Assembly (NCBI GenBank): GCA_031370645.1
Contig: JANMQV010000190.1
Location: forward strand, 1 to 16,656
Source: Candidatus Eiseniibacteriota bacterium
GTDB taxonomy: Bacteria; Eisenbacteria; RBG-16-71-46; SZUA-252
Length of the DNA: 16,656 nt
Direction of reading: 5' to 3'
The number at the start of each line of letters is the position of its first letter. The first letter of the stretch is position 1. The position numbers were made by a program, and so were the translations under genes. Below the pieces are notes generated by a model. It ran no database searches, had not been told where the DNA came from, and was given only the letters and a program-made list of their open reading frames with translations. Positions 7,993 to 15,836 of this stretch are shown here, piece after piece.

Positions 7993-10900
7993 CTACTCCC
8001 GCAGCAACGTCTCCACCAACTCCATCACCACCGCCGGCGACATGGCGCCACCGCGCGTTTCCGCCGTCGCGGCACCGGCCTCCCCCAGAACCTTTCGGGC
8101 GGGTTCGATCGCGCGATGCAGGTCGAGTTGGTCGGGCTCCGTTCGGGGCGCGTCGGCAGCCGTTCTCCAGGCGGCTCCCGCTCCCGCCAGGATGAAGGCG
8201 CGCTCCGATTGACCGACGAGCGCGGCCAGCCCCGCCGTGCTGTCGACGATATCGATCAACCCCGTCGTGTCGCCGATCGCTTGGAACACCTCGAGCGCTT
8301 CGGTGAGTAAGGCTTTCGCGCGCCCCGCGTCGCCCCGCCGCGTGGCCACCTCGCCCATTTGGCGGAGCGAAAAGCCCATTCCTTCCTTGTTGCCGAGTTG
8401 CCGCTGAATGGCGAGTCCGAGTTCGAGGTAGCGCTGCGCCGCATCGAGGTCGCCTTGATGAAGCCCGATGTCGGTCAGGCCGTTCAGGGTGTAGGCCTCC
8501 ATCGTCGCGTTGCCGAGGGCGCGATGGAGTTCCAACACCTCCTCGTAGAGTCGCCGCGCTTCCTCGCCTTCTCCCCGCGATTGCAAGACGACCGCGAGAT
8601 TGTGCAGCGTGAGGGAGACGCCGCGGCGATCCTCGATCTCCCGCCGGATGGCCAGCGCCTCGCCGTAAAGCGCGGAAGCGGTCTTGAGGTCGCCACGGAT
8701 ATTGGCCAAATTCCCCTGCTCGAACCGCGCATTCCCGACCCCCGCCTTGTCGCCGAGCGAACGCGCGATCTCCAGGCTATCGCCCAGGTAGATGTCGGCC
8801 GCCGTGAAGTCGCCCTGCCCTCGGGCCAGCGCCGCCGAGGCGTAGAGCGCCTTGGCCCGCTCGACGCTAGGCTCGAGCGCTCCGGGGAGCGCCAAACTCT
8901 CGCGCAGGACCGCGCGCCCTTCCTCCCACGTTCCGCGCGTGAGCCAGAAGCGCCAGATCGCACCGGCGACGAGGAGCGCGGAACCGGCGTCCTCCTTCGT
9001 GAGGTAGTAGCGCGTCGCCCGGCGAAGATTGTCGTGCTCCTGGTCGAGCCGCTCGAACCAGGCCGCCTGCTCCGGTCCTTGAAGTTCGGGCTCGGCCTGA
9101 AGCGCCAGCTTGAAGAAATGGAATGCGTGGCGGTCGGCCTGTGTCTCCACCTCGCCCGCTACCTTCAACCGCTCCGCGGCGTAGTCCCGGATCGTCTCGA
9201 GGAGCGTGTATCGCGATGACTCTCCCGATTCGTTCGGCACGACGAGCGATTTGTCGATGAGCGGCGAAAGAAGATCAAGCACGTCGAAACTCTCGAGCCC
9301 ATTCCACGCACAGACCGACTCGGCCGCTTCGAGAGAGAAGCCGCCCGCAAAGACGCTCACGCGGTTCAGAAGTTTCCTCTCCTGCTCGGAGAGGAGGTCG
9401 TACGACCAGTCCACGGTGGCGCGAAGCGTCTGTTGCCGCGGAAGCGCGGTGCGGCTTCCGCCGGTGAGGAGCGCGAAACGATCCTGAAGTCGCGTCAGGA
9501 TCTGTTCGACCGGGAGCACCTTCACGCGAACCGCAGCGAGTTCGATGGCGAGCGGAATTCCGTCGAGGCGGTGGCATACCTGCGCCACCGCGGCGGCGTT
9601 CTTGTCCGTTAATTGGAAGGAGGGCTGCGTCGCCTGCGCGCGATCAACGAAGAGCCTGACCGCCTCGTACCGCCCCGCCGCCTCCTTGCTCTTGATGACG
9701 GAGGTGCGCGGGTCGGGCACCGAAAGGGTCGGGATCCGCCAGATCACCTCGCCCGGCACGCCGAGCGCTTCGCGGCTCGTCGCAATGACACGCACGTTCG
9801 CCGCGGCGCGCATGAGGGTCGCCACGAGCGGCGCCACCGCCGCGGCCAAGTGCTCGCAGTTGTCGAGCACGAGGAGCACCATCTTCGACCCCAGGCTCGC
9901 GGCGAGCGTCGCGGCGATCGGCGTCCCCGCTTCTTCCTGCACGCCCACGGCGCGGGCGACCTGCTGCGCGACGAGCGACGGATCGACGAGCGATTCCAAC
10001 TCGGCGAGCCAGACGCCGTCCGCGAATTCGCCGAGAACCTCTTTCGCCACCTGGACCGCGAGCCGCGTCTTTCCGCTCCCGCCGGGGCCGAGAATCGTCA
10101 CCATTCGCGCCGTGAGGAATAGGCGGCGGATCTCCGCCCGTTCGCGGGAGCGGCCGATGAACGACGTGAGCGGTGTTGGGAGATTGTTCGGGACCGTGTC
10201 GGGGGCGACACGAAGCGCGCCCATGCTGCTCGAGAGCTTGTCGCCCCCTTCGCGGAGCCCGCGGAGCGCGTCTGCCAGCTCTCGGGGCGTTCCGTAGCGA
10301 TCGTCGCGGCGCTTCGCGAGCGATCGGGCGAGAATGACGTCGATGTCCGACGGGAGCTCCGGGCGAACCGTGCTCGCGTTCGGCGGCTCTTTCGTCGTTA
10401 CCGCGATCATGGTGTCGAGCGCGGTCGCGCCTTCAAACGCCTGGCGCCCCGTGGCCGCCTCGTAGAGGGTCGCGCCGAGGGAGAAGAGATCGGCGCGACC
10501 GTCGAGCGGCTCGCCGCGCGCCTGCTCGGGCGCCATGTAGGCCACCGTGCCGACCACCATCCCCCCGCCGGTGATGTTCGTCGCCGTCTGCCCGATCGTC
10601 TCGCTGGAGGCGGTGGTGATCCGCTTGGCGATGCCGAAGTCGAGCACCTTCGCAGCGCCTTGCGGGGTCAGGAGAATATTCGCCGGCTTGATGTCGCGAT
10701 GAATGAGGCCGATCGCGTGGGCGGCCGCGAGCGCGTCCGCCACTTCGATTCCGAGCCGAAGGAGTTCGGGAACCTCGAGAGGGCCGTGCTCGAGGCGCTC
10801 CTTGAGGCTCTTCCCTTCGACGTGCTCCATGACGATGAAGTCGGCGCCATCGGCGGTGTCGACCGAGTAGATCGTGACGATGTGGGGATGGGTGAGCGCG

Positions 10901-11097
10901 GCGGCGGCACGGGCCTCCTCGAGGAGGCGGCGGCGCGCGGTCGGATCGGAGGTGGTCGCCGCGGGGAGGATCTTGAGGGCGACCAAACGGCCCAGTTTGG
11001 TATCGAGGGCCTTGTAGACGTCGCCCATGCCGCCCGAACCGAGGCGACCTTCAATGCGGTAGTGGGCGAGTTGACGGCCCGGTTCGAGGCTGCTCAC
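7993..11097 (-). CDS. Hanks-type Ser/Thr protein kinase fused to STAND (NB-ARC-like, COG3903-type) ATPase and TPR repeats
   Basis: Kinase motifs GSGGMG, VALK, HRDIKPAN, DFG and YMAPEQ. ATPase motifs PNNLP..LTSFIGR, Walker A GPGGSGKT, Walker B LLVLDNCEH, TSRE and LDGIPLAIELAA. C-terminal ~40-aa TPR-like repeats (GDKAGVGNARFEQG, EDRRGVSLTLHNLA, GNATMEAYTLNGL, GNKEGMGFSLRQMG). Confidence 0.95.
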   Translation of the reverse strand: MSSLEPGRQLAHYRIEGRLGSGGMGDVYKALDTKLGRLVALKILPAATTSDPTARRRLLEEARAAAALTHPHIVTIYSVDTADGADFIVMEHVEGKSLKERLEHGPLEVPELLRLGIEVADALAAAHAIGLIHRDIKPANILLTPQGAAKVLDFGIAKRITTASSETIGQTATNITGGGMVVGTVAYMAPEQARGEPLDGRADLFSLGATLYEAATGRQAFEGATALDTMIAVTTKEPPNASTVRPELPSDIDVILARSLAKRRDDRYGTPRELADALRGLREGGDKLSSSMGALRVAPDTVPNNLPTPLTSFIGRSRERAEIRRLFLTARMVTILGPGGSGKTRLAVQVAKEVLGEFADGVWLAELESLVDPSLVAQQVARAVGVQEEAGTPIAATLAASLGSKMVLLVLDNCEHLAAAVAPLVATLMRAAANVRVIATSREALGVPGEVIWRIPTLSVPDPRTSVIKSKEAAGRYEAVRLFVDRAQATQPSFQLTDKNAAAVAQVCHRLDGIPLAIELAAVRVKVLPVEQILTRLQDRFALLTGGSRTALPRQQTLRATVDWSYDLLSEQERKLLNRVSVFAGGFSLEAAESVCAWNGLESFDVLDLLSPLIDKSLVVPNESGESSRYTLLETIRDYAAERLKVAGEVETQADRHAFHFFKLALQAEPELQGPEQAAWFERLDQEHDNLRRATRYYLTKEDAGSALLVAGAIWRFWLTRGTWEEGRAVLRESLALPGALEPSVERAKALYASAALARGQGDFTAADIYLGDSLEIARSLGDKAGVGNARFEQGNLANIRGDLKTASALYGEALAIRREIEDRRGVSLTLHNLAVVLQSRGEGEEARRLYEEVLELHRALGNATMEAYTLNGLTDIGLHQGDLDAAQRYLELGLAIQRQLGNKEGMGFSLRQMGEVATRRGDAGRAKALLTEALEVFQAIGDTTGLIDIVDSTAGLAALVGQSERAFILAGAGAAWRTAADAPRTEPDQLDLHRAIEPARKVLGEAGAATAETRGGAMSPAVVMELVETLLRE

Positions 11098-11104
11098 GCC
11101 GGCC

Positions 11105-11110
11105 AGTATA
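11105..11110 (-). promoter_or_regulatory. -10 box (TATACT) of the kinase-STAND-TPR gene
   Basis: Minus strand reads TATACT-ggccggc-GTG, 7 nt before the start codon, with no Shine-Dalgarno sequence. Confidence 0.55.
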
Positions 11111-11136
11111 GCGCAGCCGGCGTGAGCGCTCGAACG

Positions 11137-11154
11137 CGCCGCGAGGACGCGGCG
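11137..11154 (-). terminator. hairpin immediately after the Ig-repeat protein stop
   Basis: CGCCGCG-AGGA-CGCGGCG (plus-strand reading), a 7-bp stem 1 nt past the stop. No U-tract. Confidence 0.35.
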
Positions 11155-11155
11155 G

Positions 11156-14100
11156 TTACTTCAAGACGGTGAATCGTCCCGTGTCGACGCCGTCCTTGCT
11201 CTCGATCCGGAAGAAATAGACGCCGGAGGAAAGGGTGCGACCGTCGGCTCCGCGCGCCTCGACCGGAATCTCGTGGGCTCCAGGCGCCGCCGCCTGGCTC
11301 GCCCAGAGCGTCCGGATGAAGCGGCCGTTGATATCGAAGAGCGAAACCCGAACCGCGCCCGGCGTCTTCGTGATGAAGCTCAGCACGCCGGACGGGTTCA
11401 AGGGGTTCGGCGACATGACCGTCTGGAGTGCGCCCCCGCCCGCCAGAATGTCGAGCGTGACGGACCCCTGGAAGAGCGCGCCCGACACGAGCCGTCCGCG
11501 TACGATCACCGGCACGCTGTTCGAGCCTCGCAGGAGGCTGAAGAGGGCGCGGAAGTCGTCCTTGCTGAAGCAGACCTGAAGGTCTTCGATCTGGTTACCG
11601 TCCCGATCGCCGATGATCGCCGTCTTCGTGGTGTTCGCGGCGATTTCGGAGACCGACCCGGTCCCGATCGAGACCATGCGGATCGAGGTGAGATCGATGT
11701 CGAAGAGCGTGAACGCCGCGTTCACCGGCTCGATATTGAGACACCCGAACGGCTTGTTGGACGAGAGCCGAATCTTCCTTGAGCCCGGCAGGAAGATCCG
11801 CGCCGGCGCGACCGCGCGAACCGTCACGTTCGTCGTCGCCTTCCCGACGAGCGCGTTGAACGAAGTGAACACGATCGCGAAGCTCCCCGCGTCCTCAGGC
11901 CGGGGCGTCCAGGCGAAGGCGCCCGAGGTGAAGGTGCCGTTCGGAGTGAACGTCGCCGTATTCCCTGCCGGCAGTACGGTCAGGTCCGCGGAGAGACCGT
12001 AGATCGCGTCGCCGTCCGGATCCGAGACCGAAACCGAGAAGCTAAGCGCGTCGCCCGGGTTGATGGTGAAGGTCGACGGCGCCGCCACCACGGGCTCCTG
12101 ATCGAGCGTGAAGATGGCGTTGTTTCCGGCCGGCAGACCCGAGATATCCGCCGTGAAGGCGACGATGCCCGACGCCACCTGCGCGATCGAACCGGCCGTG
12201 TTGGCGCCCCGGCGCGCCGCGGCGAGGAGGGGCGGGGTGCTCTCCGTAGCCGTGGCACTGATGGTCGTGGTCGACTTCGTCTGCGTGCTCACGAGGCCGG
12301 TCGAGCTGACAATCGGGCCCTTGTTGATCGCGCTCGGAGCAAGGCCGACGGTCCGGCCGTCCAAAGTCGGAGTCGTCGTCGCCGAGAGCGACGGCGTCAC
12401 GACGATCGTCGTGAGCGAGCTCCCCGTCTCGTTCGCGGCATTCGTCGCGGTGAAAGTTACCGAGTAGGTCCCCTCCTCGCCCGGCTGCGGCGTCCAAATC
12501 AATTCGCCGGTGATGGTCGTGCCGGCGAAGGCGACGTTGATCCGCGTCTCCGCGCTTCCGGTCGAGCCATTCGAGGCGCTGAAGGTGACGACGTAGCTTC
12601 CCGCCTCCCCTTGCGCCATCGGCCAGCGGAAGGTGCCGCTCGCGTTCCCCGCGGCGGGCGCGAAAGTCGCGCTGTGGCCGGACGGGAGCGCCGACAGATC
12701 GGCCCCGAGCGCGCTCAACGCGTCGCCGTCGGGATCGTTCGCGCTCACGTCGAAGAGGAGAATGCCGCCCTCTTCGCCATCCACCACCGCCGGCGCGGCG
12801 ACGACTGGCGCGCGATCTGCATTCGCGATGGTGATGGCGGTCGTGAGCGACACGGAAGCCGTGCCCGCCTGCGCGGTAAAGGTAACCGAGTAGGTCCCCG
12901 CCTGCTCGAACCCGGGGGTCCAGGAGAACGTGCCGCCCGTGTTGCCCGGATCGGTCGCGAACGAGGCCCCGGCTGGAAGCGGCGAGGCGCCAAGCGATAC
13001 GATCGCATCACCGTCGGGATCGGAAACCGACACGATGAAGGCGAGGAGCGCACCCTCGGGACCCGTCACCGAAAGGGAGCCGGTGACGACGGGGGCGCGA
13101 TCGATGTTCGCGATGCTGATTTCCGTGGTCGCTGAGCCGCTTAGCGCGTTCGAGGCGGTGAACGTCACCGACGTGACGCCCGCTTGCGTGAAGTCGGGGA
13201 TCCAAGCGAACGAGCCGATCGTATTCGAGCCGTTCGGCGTGAACGACGCGCCTGCTGGAAGGGTCGAGGAGGTGAGCGACGCGATCGCGTCGGCGTCCGG
13301 GTCGCTGGCGGATACTTCGAACGCCACTTCGGCGCCCTCAGCGCCCTCCATCACGACCGGCGCGGTGGCCACCGGCGCGCGGTCAAGGTTGGTCACGGTG
13401 ATCTCGGTCGTTAGCGTCGAGGCGGCCGCCCCAGCCTGCGCCGTAAACGAGATCGAATAGCTCCCCGCCTGCGCAAAGCCCGGCGTCCATTCGAACGTCC
13501 CGTTGCTATTCCCAGGGTTCACGGCAAACGTGGCGCCGCTCGGGAGGGGCGAAGATCCTAGCGACGCGATGGCATCGCCGTCGGGATCGGTCGCGGACAC
13601 TTCGAACGTCAGGAGCGCAGCCTCCTGTCCGGTCGCGGTGAGTGGGCCAGTCACGAGCGGAGCGCGGTCGAGGTTTCCGATCGAGAAGCTCGTGGTGGCC
13701 GATCCGCTAAGCGTGTTCGCTGCGGTGAACGTCACCGAGGTAGCGCCCGCTTGCGTGAAGTCGGGAGTCCAGGCGAACGAGCCGATCGTATTCGAGCCGT
13801 TCGGCGTGAACGACGCGCCGGCCGGGAGGATCGAGGAGGTCAGCGACGAAATCGATTCACCATCGGGATCCGAAGCGAGGACCGAAAAGGCGATTGGCGC
13901 CTGCTCCGTTCCCAGAATCGAAGCGGGAGCTGAGACCGTAGGGGCCCGGCTGGGATATCGACAGAAGGCCACCATCGAGAGATCGTCCGCGTAAATCGTC
14001 TGGGGCTGGCCCCCCTCTCCGTAGCAGGCTAGGAGCGCGACGTCATCGCCCTGCTCAGCGAACGGAACGGACTGGAAGCCGGCGACCGGCGAGCCGTCAA

Positions 14101-14719
14101 TCGACAGGCTGGTGGTTCGCGTAAGAAAGTTGACGCCGATCGTGAACTGCTGGGCGCTCCGGTTCTTCTGCCCCACGGGGAGAATTTGGCCCGGAGAATG
14201 AATGCCGTTATAGGAGAGCTGCCCCTGGTGGAGATATTCCACCGACGCCAGCGTGGCGCCGTTGGAGGCACGAACGGCGAAAGCGATGAGATTGGCCGCC
14301 TGGTCGTCCTTGGCTACCGAGCGCCAGCGGACCGTCACCATTTCTGCAGACGTGGGGACCGATGCCGCAAACGCGTTCAGCCCTACGATGCCCGAACCGT
14401 TCGTCTGCCGAATTTCGACCGGCCTCGAGAGCCCGTCGTACGACGGAACGACCCGAACGGTTCCGGACGAGAGATCGAGCGTCAGGAAGTCACCGACCGG
14501 GAGACCCGGAAGGGTCAGGTTCGGCGGCGCGTTCGGATTGTCGGAATCGAAGTTCGCCTTGAGCGTGACGACCGAGGTCGTGTCACCAGGCGCCGTCTCG
14601 GTCGCGGCCGCTGCCGGAGAGACTAAGAGAAGGGAGAGAAGCGCGAGGAGGCACGACGCGATCGCGAAGCTCGATCGGTGATCCGGCAGATTCTTCCAGA
14701 AGGACTGCGAGCGGCTCAT
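11156..14719 (-). CDS. large secreted/surface protein with signal peptide, beta-rich N-domain, tandem Ig/cadherin-like (putative Ig, He_PIG-like) repeats and C-terminal FlgD-Ig/T9SS-type sorting domain
   Basis: Signal peptide (CLLALLSLLLVSPAAAA). Repeats of form DRAPV...F.VSA.DPDGD....LPAGASF....G.F.WTP.F.QAG.Y.VTFTA. C-terminus SPNPLNP...VRVSLFDINGRFIRTL...LSSGVYFFRIE...RFTVLK. SD GGGGGAG 7 nt upstream of ATG. Confidence 0.92.
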   Translation of the reverse strand: MSRSQSFWKNLPDHRSSFAIASCLLALLSLLLVSPAAAATETAPGDTTSVVTLKANFDSDNPNAPPNLTLPGLPVGDFLTLDLSSGTVRVVPSYDGLSRPVEIRQTNGSGIVGLNAFAASVPTSAEMVTVRWRSVAKDDQAANLIAFAVRASNGATLASVEYLHQGQLSYNGIHSPGQILPVGQKNRSAQQFTIGVNFLTRTTSLSIDGSPVAGFQSVPFAEQGDDVALLACYGEGGQPQTIYADDLSMVAFCRYPSRAPTVSAPASILGTEQAPIAFSVLASDPDGESISSLTSSILPAGASFTPNGSNTIGSFAWTPDFTQAGATSVTFTAANTLSGSATTSFSIGNLDRAPLVTGPLTATGQEAALLTFEVSATDPDGDAIASLGSSPLPSGATFAVNPGNSNGTFEWTPGFAQAGSYSISFTAQAGAAASTLTTEITVTNLDRAPVATAPVVMEGAEGAEVAFEVSASDPDADAIASLTSSTLPAGASFTPNGSNTIGSFAWIPDFTQAGVTSVTFTASNALSGSATTEISIANIDRAPVVTGSLSVTGPEGALLAFIVSVSDPDGDAIVSLGASPLPAGASFATDPGNTGGTFSWTPGFEQAGTYSVTFTAQAGTASVSLTTAITIANADRAPVVAAPAVVDGEEGGILLFDVSANDPDGDALSALGADLSALPSGHSATFAPAAGNASGTFRWPMAQGEAGSYVVTFSASNGSTGSAETRINVAFAGTTITGELIWTPQPGEEGTYSVTFTATNAANETGSSLTTIVVTPSLSATTTPTLDGRTVGLAPSAINKGPIVSSTGLVSTQTKSTTTISATATESTPPLLAAARRGANTAGSIAQVASGIVAFTADISGLPAGNNAIFTLDQEPVVAAPSTFTINPGDALSFSVSVSDPDGDAIYGLSADLTVLPAGNTATFTPNGTFTSGAFAWTPRPEDAGSFAIVFTSFNALVGKATTNVTVRAVAPARIFLPGSRKIRLSSNKPFGCLNIEPVNAAFTLFDIDLTSIRMVSIGTGSVSEIAANTTKTAIIGDRDGNQIEDLQVCFSKDDFRALFSLLRGSNSVPVIVRGRLVSGALFQGSVTLDILAGGGALQTVMSPNPLNPSGVLSFITKTPGAVRVSLFDINGRFIRTLWASQAAAPGAHEIPVEARGADGRTLSSGVYFFRIESKDGVDTGRFTVLK
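12818..13951 (-). repeat. 567-bp (189-aa, two-domain) internal tandem duplication
   Basis: Repeat starts at 13951/13384/12817 and at 13669/13102 are spaced by exactly 567 nt. About 95 nt at 13158-13252 and 13725-13819 are nearly identical (gcgaacgagccgatcgtattcgagccgttcggcgtgaacgacgcgcc is shared exactly). Confidence 0.85.
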
Positions 14720-14820
14720 GTTGAGGCTCCCCCGTTGCGGTGGTGGAAATTAAACATGGCAGTAGGAGGAGGCGGTATCCGGTGACCCCCGGCGTTCAGC
14801 TCTCCAAGAGATTACGCGAG

Positions 14821-14849
14821 AGAATACTCTCAACTCACTAGAAACTCAA
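14821..14849 (-). promoter_or_regulatory. sigma70-type promoter of the Ig-repeat protein gene (TTGAGT-N17-TATTCT)
   Basis: Minus strand TTGAGT (14849-14844), 17-nt spacer, TATTCT (14826-14821), in the AT-richer intergenic region. Confidence 0.55.
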
Positions 14850-14877
14850 GCGTTATCGCGGCCCATATGATTCTATC

Positions 14878-15831
14878 TCAATCCGCCGTCGTAGGGCCGG
14901 GAGTAGTCAGAGGGGACCAAAACTTGGCGGCTTCCTCCATTCCTCGGGAGAAGGACTTCGCCGGGAGCCATCCGAGCTCACTCCTCAAGCGCTCGCCGGA
15001 GAAGCGGCCCGTCCAGTAGGTCATGGTGGCCGCCTCAGCGTCCGGGACGCGCTCGAGCGGAGGCATCGAGAACCACCTTCGGACCTCCTCGGTGTAGGCC
15101 CGCCAGGTGGAGTTCACTTCTATAACGTTGTAGGCACGTCCGACCGAACGCGGAATCTCCACGGCCAGGAGCACGGCATCGACGAGGTCCTCCACATGGA
15201 CGAACGGGTGCGTATTGCCACCGTCCCGAAGGAGCTTCACCTTCCCCTCTCGTATCCTGGCGGGGACCTTCACCGCCCAGGTCGAGGTCGGGTGGACGCC
15301 GAGGATCGCCCCGGGGCGGAGGATCGTCGCGGGGAGCCCCGCGCCGATCGCCTCGAAGACGAACTGGTCCCCCTGCGCCTTCGTCACGCCGTAGGGCTCG
15401 GCGCCGGTCTTGAGCGGCGACTCCTCATCCACGACTTCGAGGCCGTTCACGTCGTAGACCGAAAGCGTCGAGATCTGAATGAACCGGGCGGCGCCCGAGG
15501 AGCGCGCGGCGGCGAGCATGGAGCGGGTTCCGTCCACGTTCACACGGCGCACCGGCTCGAACTCAGGGCCCGACGTGGCGGCCGCGTGGATGATGAGGTC
15601 GCACCCTTCGGCCGCGCGAGCCGAGACTTCGGGCTCGACGAAATCGCCGACGATCTCCTCGTATCCGGCGCGCAAGAGCGACGGATCGGCGCCCGGGCGC
15701 CGGACGATGGAGCGAATCGTGGCGCCCGAATCGAGAAGACGGTGCGCGATCCTGCTTCCAACGAACCCGGTGGCGCCCGTCAGGAGGACGCGCGCGCGGG
15801 CCCCGCTAGGCGCGCGTTCGGCGGATGTCAC
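14878..15831 (-). CDS. NAD-dependent epimerase/dehydratase family (extended SDR) protein
   Basis: VLLTGATGFVG Rossmann motif, IIHAAA, VNVDGT, ISTLSVY, catalytic YGVTK, LRPG and FVHVEDLV. GTG start at 15831 lies 5 nt after the upstream gene's stop. Confidence 0.92.
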   Translation of the reverse strand: MTSAERAPSGARARVLLTGATGFVGSRIAHRLLDSGATIRSIVRRPGADPSLLRAGYEEIVGDFVEPEVSARAAEGCDLIIHAAATSGPEFEPVRRVNVDGTRSMLAAARSSGAARFIQISTLSVYDVNGLEVVDEESPLKTGAEPYGVTKAQGDQFVFEAIGAGLPATILRPGAILGVHPTSTWAVKVPARIREGKVKLLRDGGNTHPFVHVEDLVDAVLLAVEIPRSVGRAYNVIEVNSTWRAYTEEVRRWFSMPPLERVPDAEAATMTYWTGRFSGERLRSELGWLPAKSFSRGMEEAAKFWSPLTTPGPTTAD

Positions 15832-15836
15832 GGAGG

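Noticed and set aside
12818-13951. Repeated DNA as CRISPR array, insertion element or DGR template/variable repeat
   Set aside because: Repeats are in-frame protein domain duplications at a 567-bp period. There are no spacers, cas genes, transposase or reverse transcriptase, and differences are not confined to adenines.
7993-14719. Ig-repeat protein and kinase-STAND-TPR as one operon or receptor-kinase system
   Set aside because: A hairpin and a separate -10 box lie between them, and neither protein has a TM link connecting them. Co-function is unsupported beyond adjacency.
14720-14877. AT-richer intergenic stretch as tRNA, ncRNA or integration site
   Set aside because: No cloverleaf, T-loop or att-like duplication. 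It is adequately explained by a promoter and leader.
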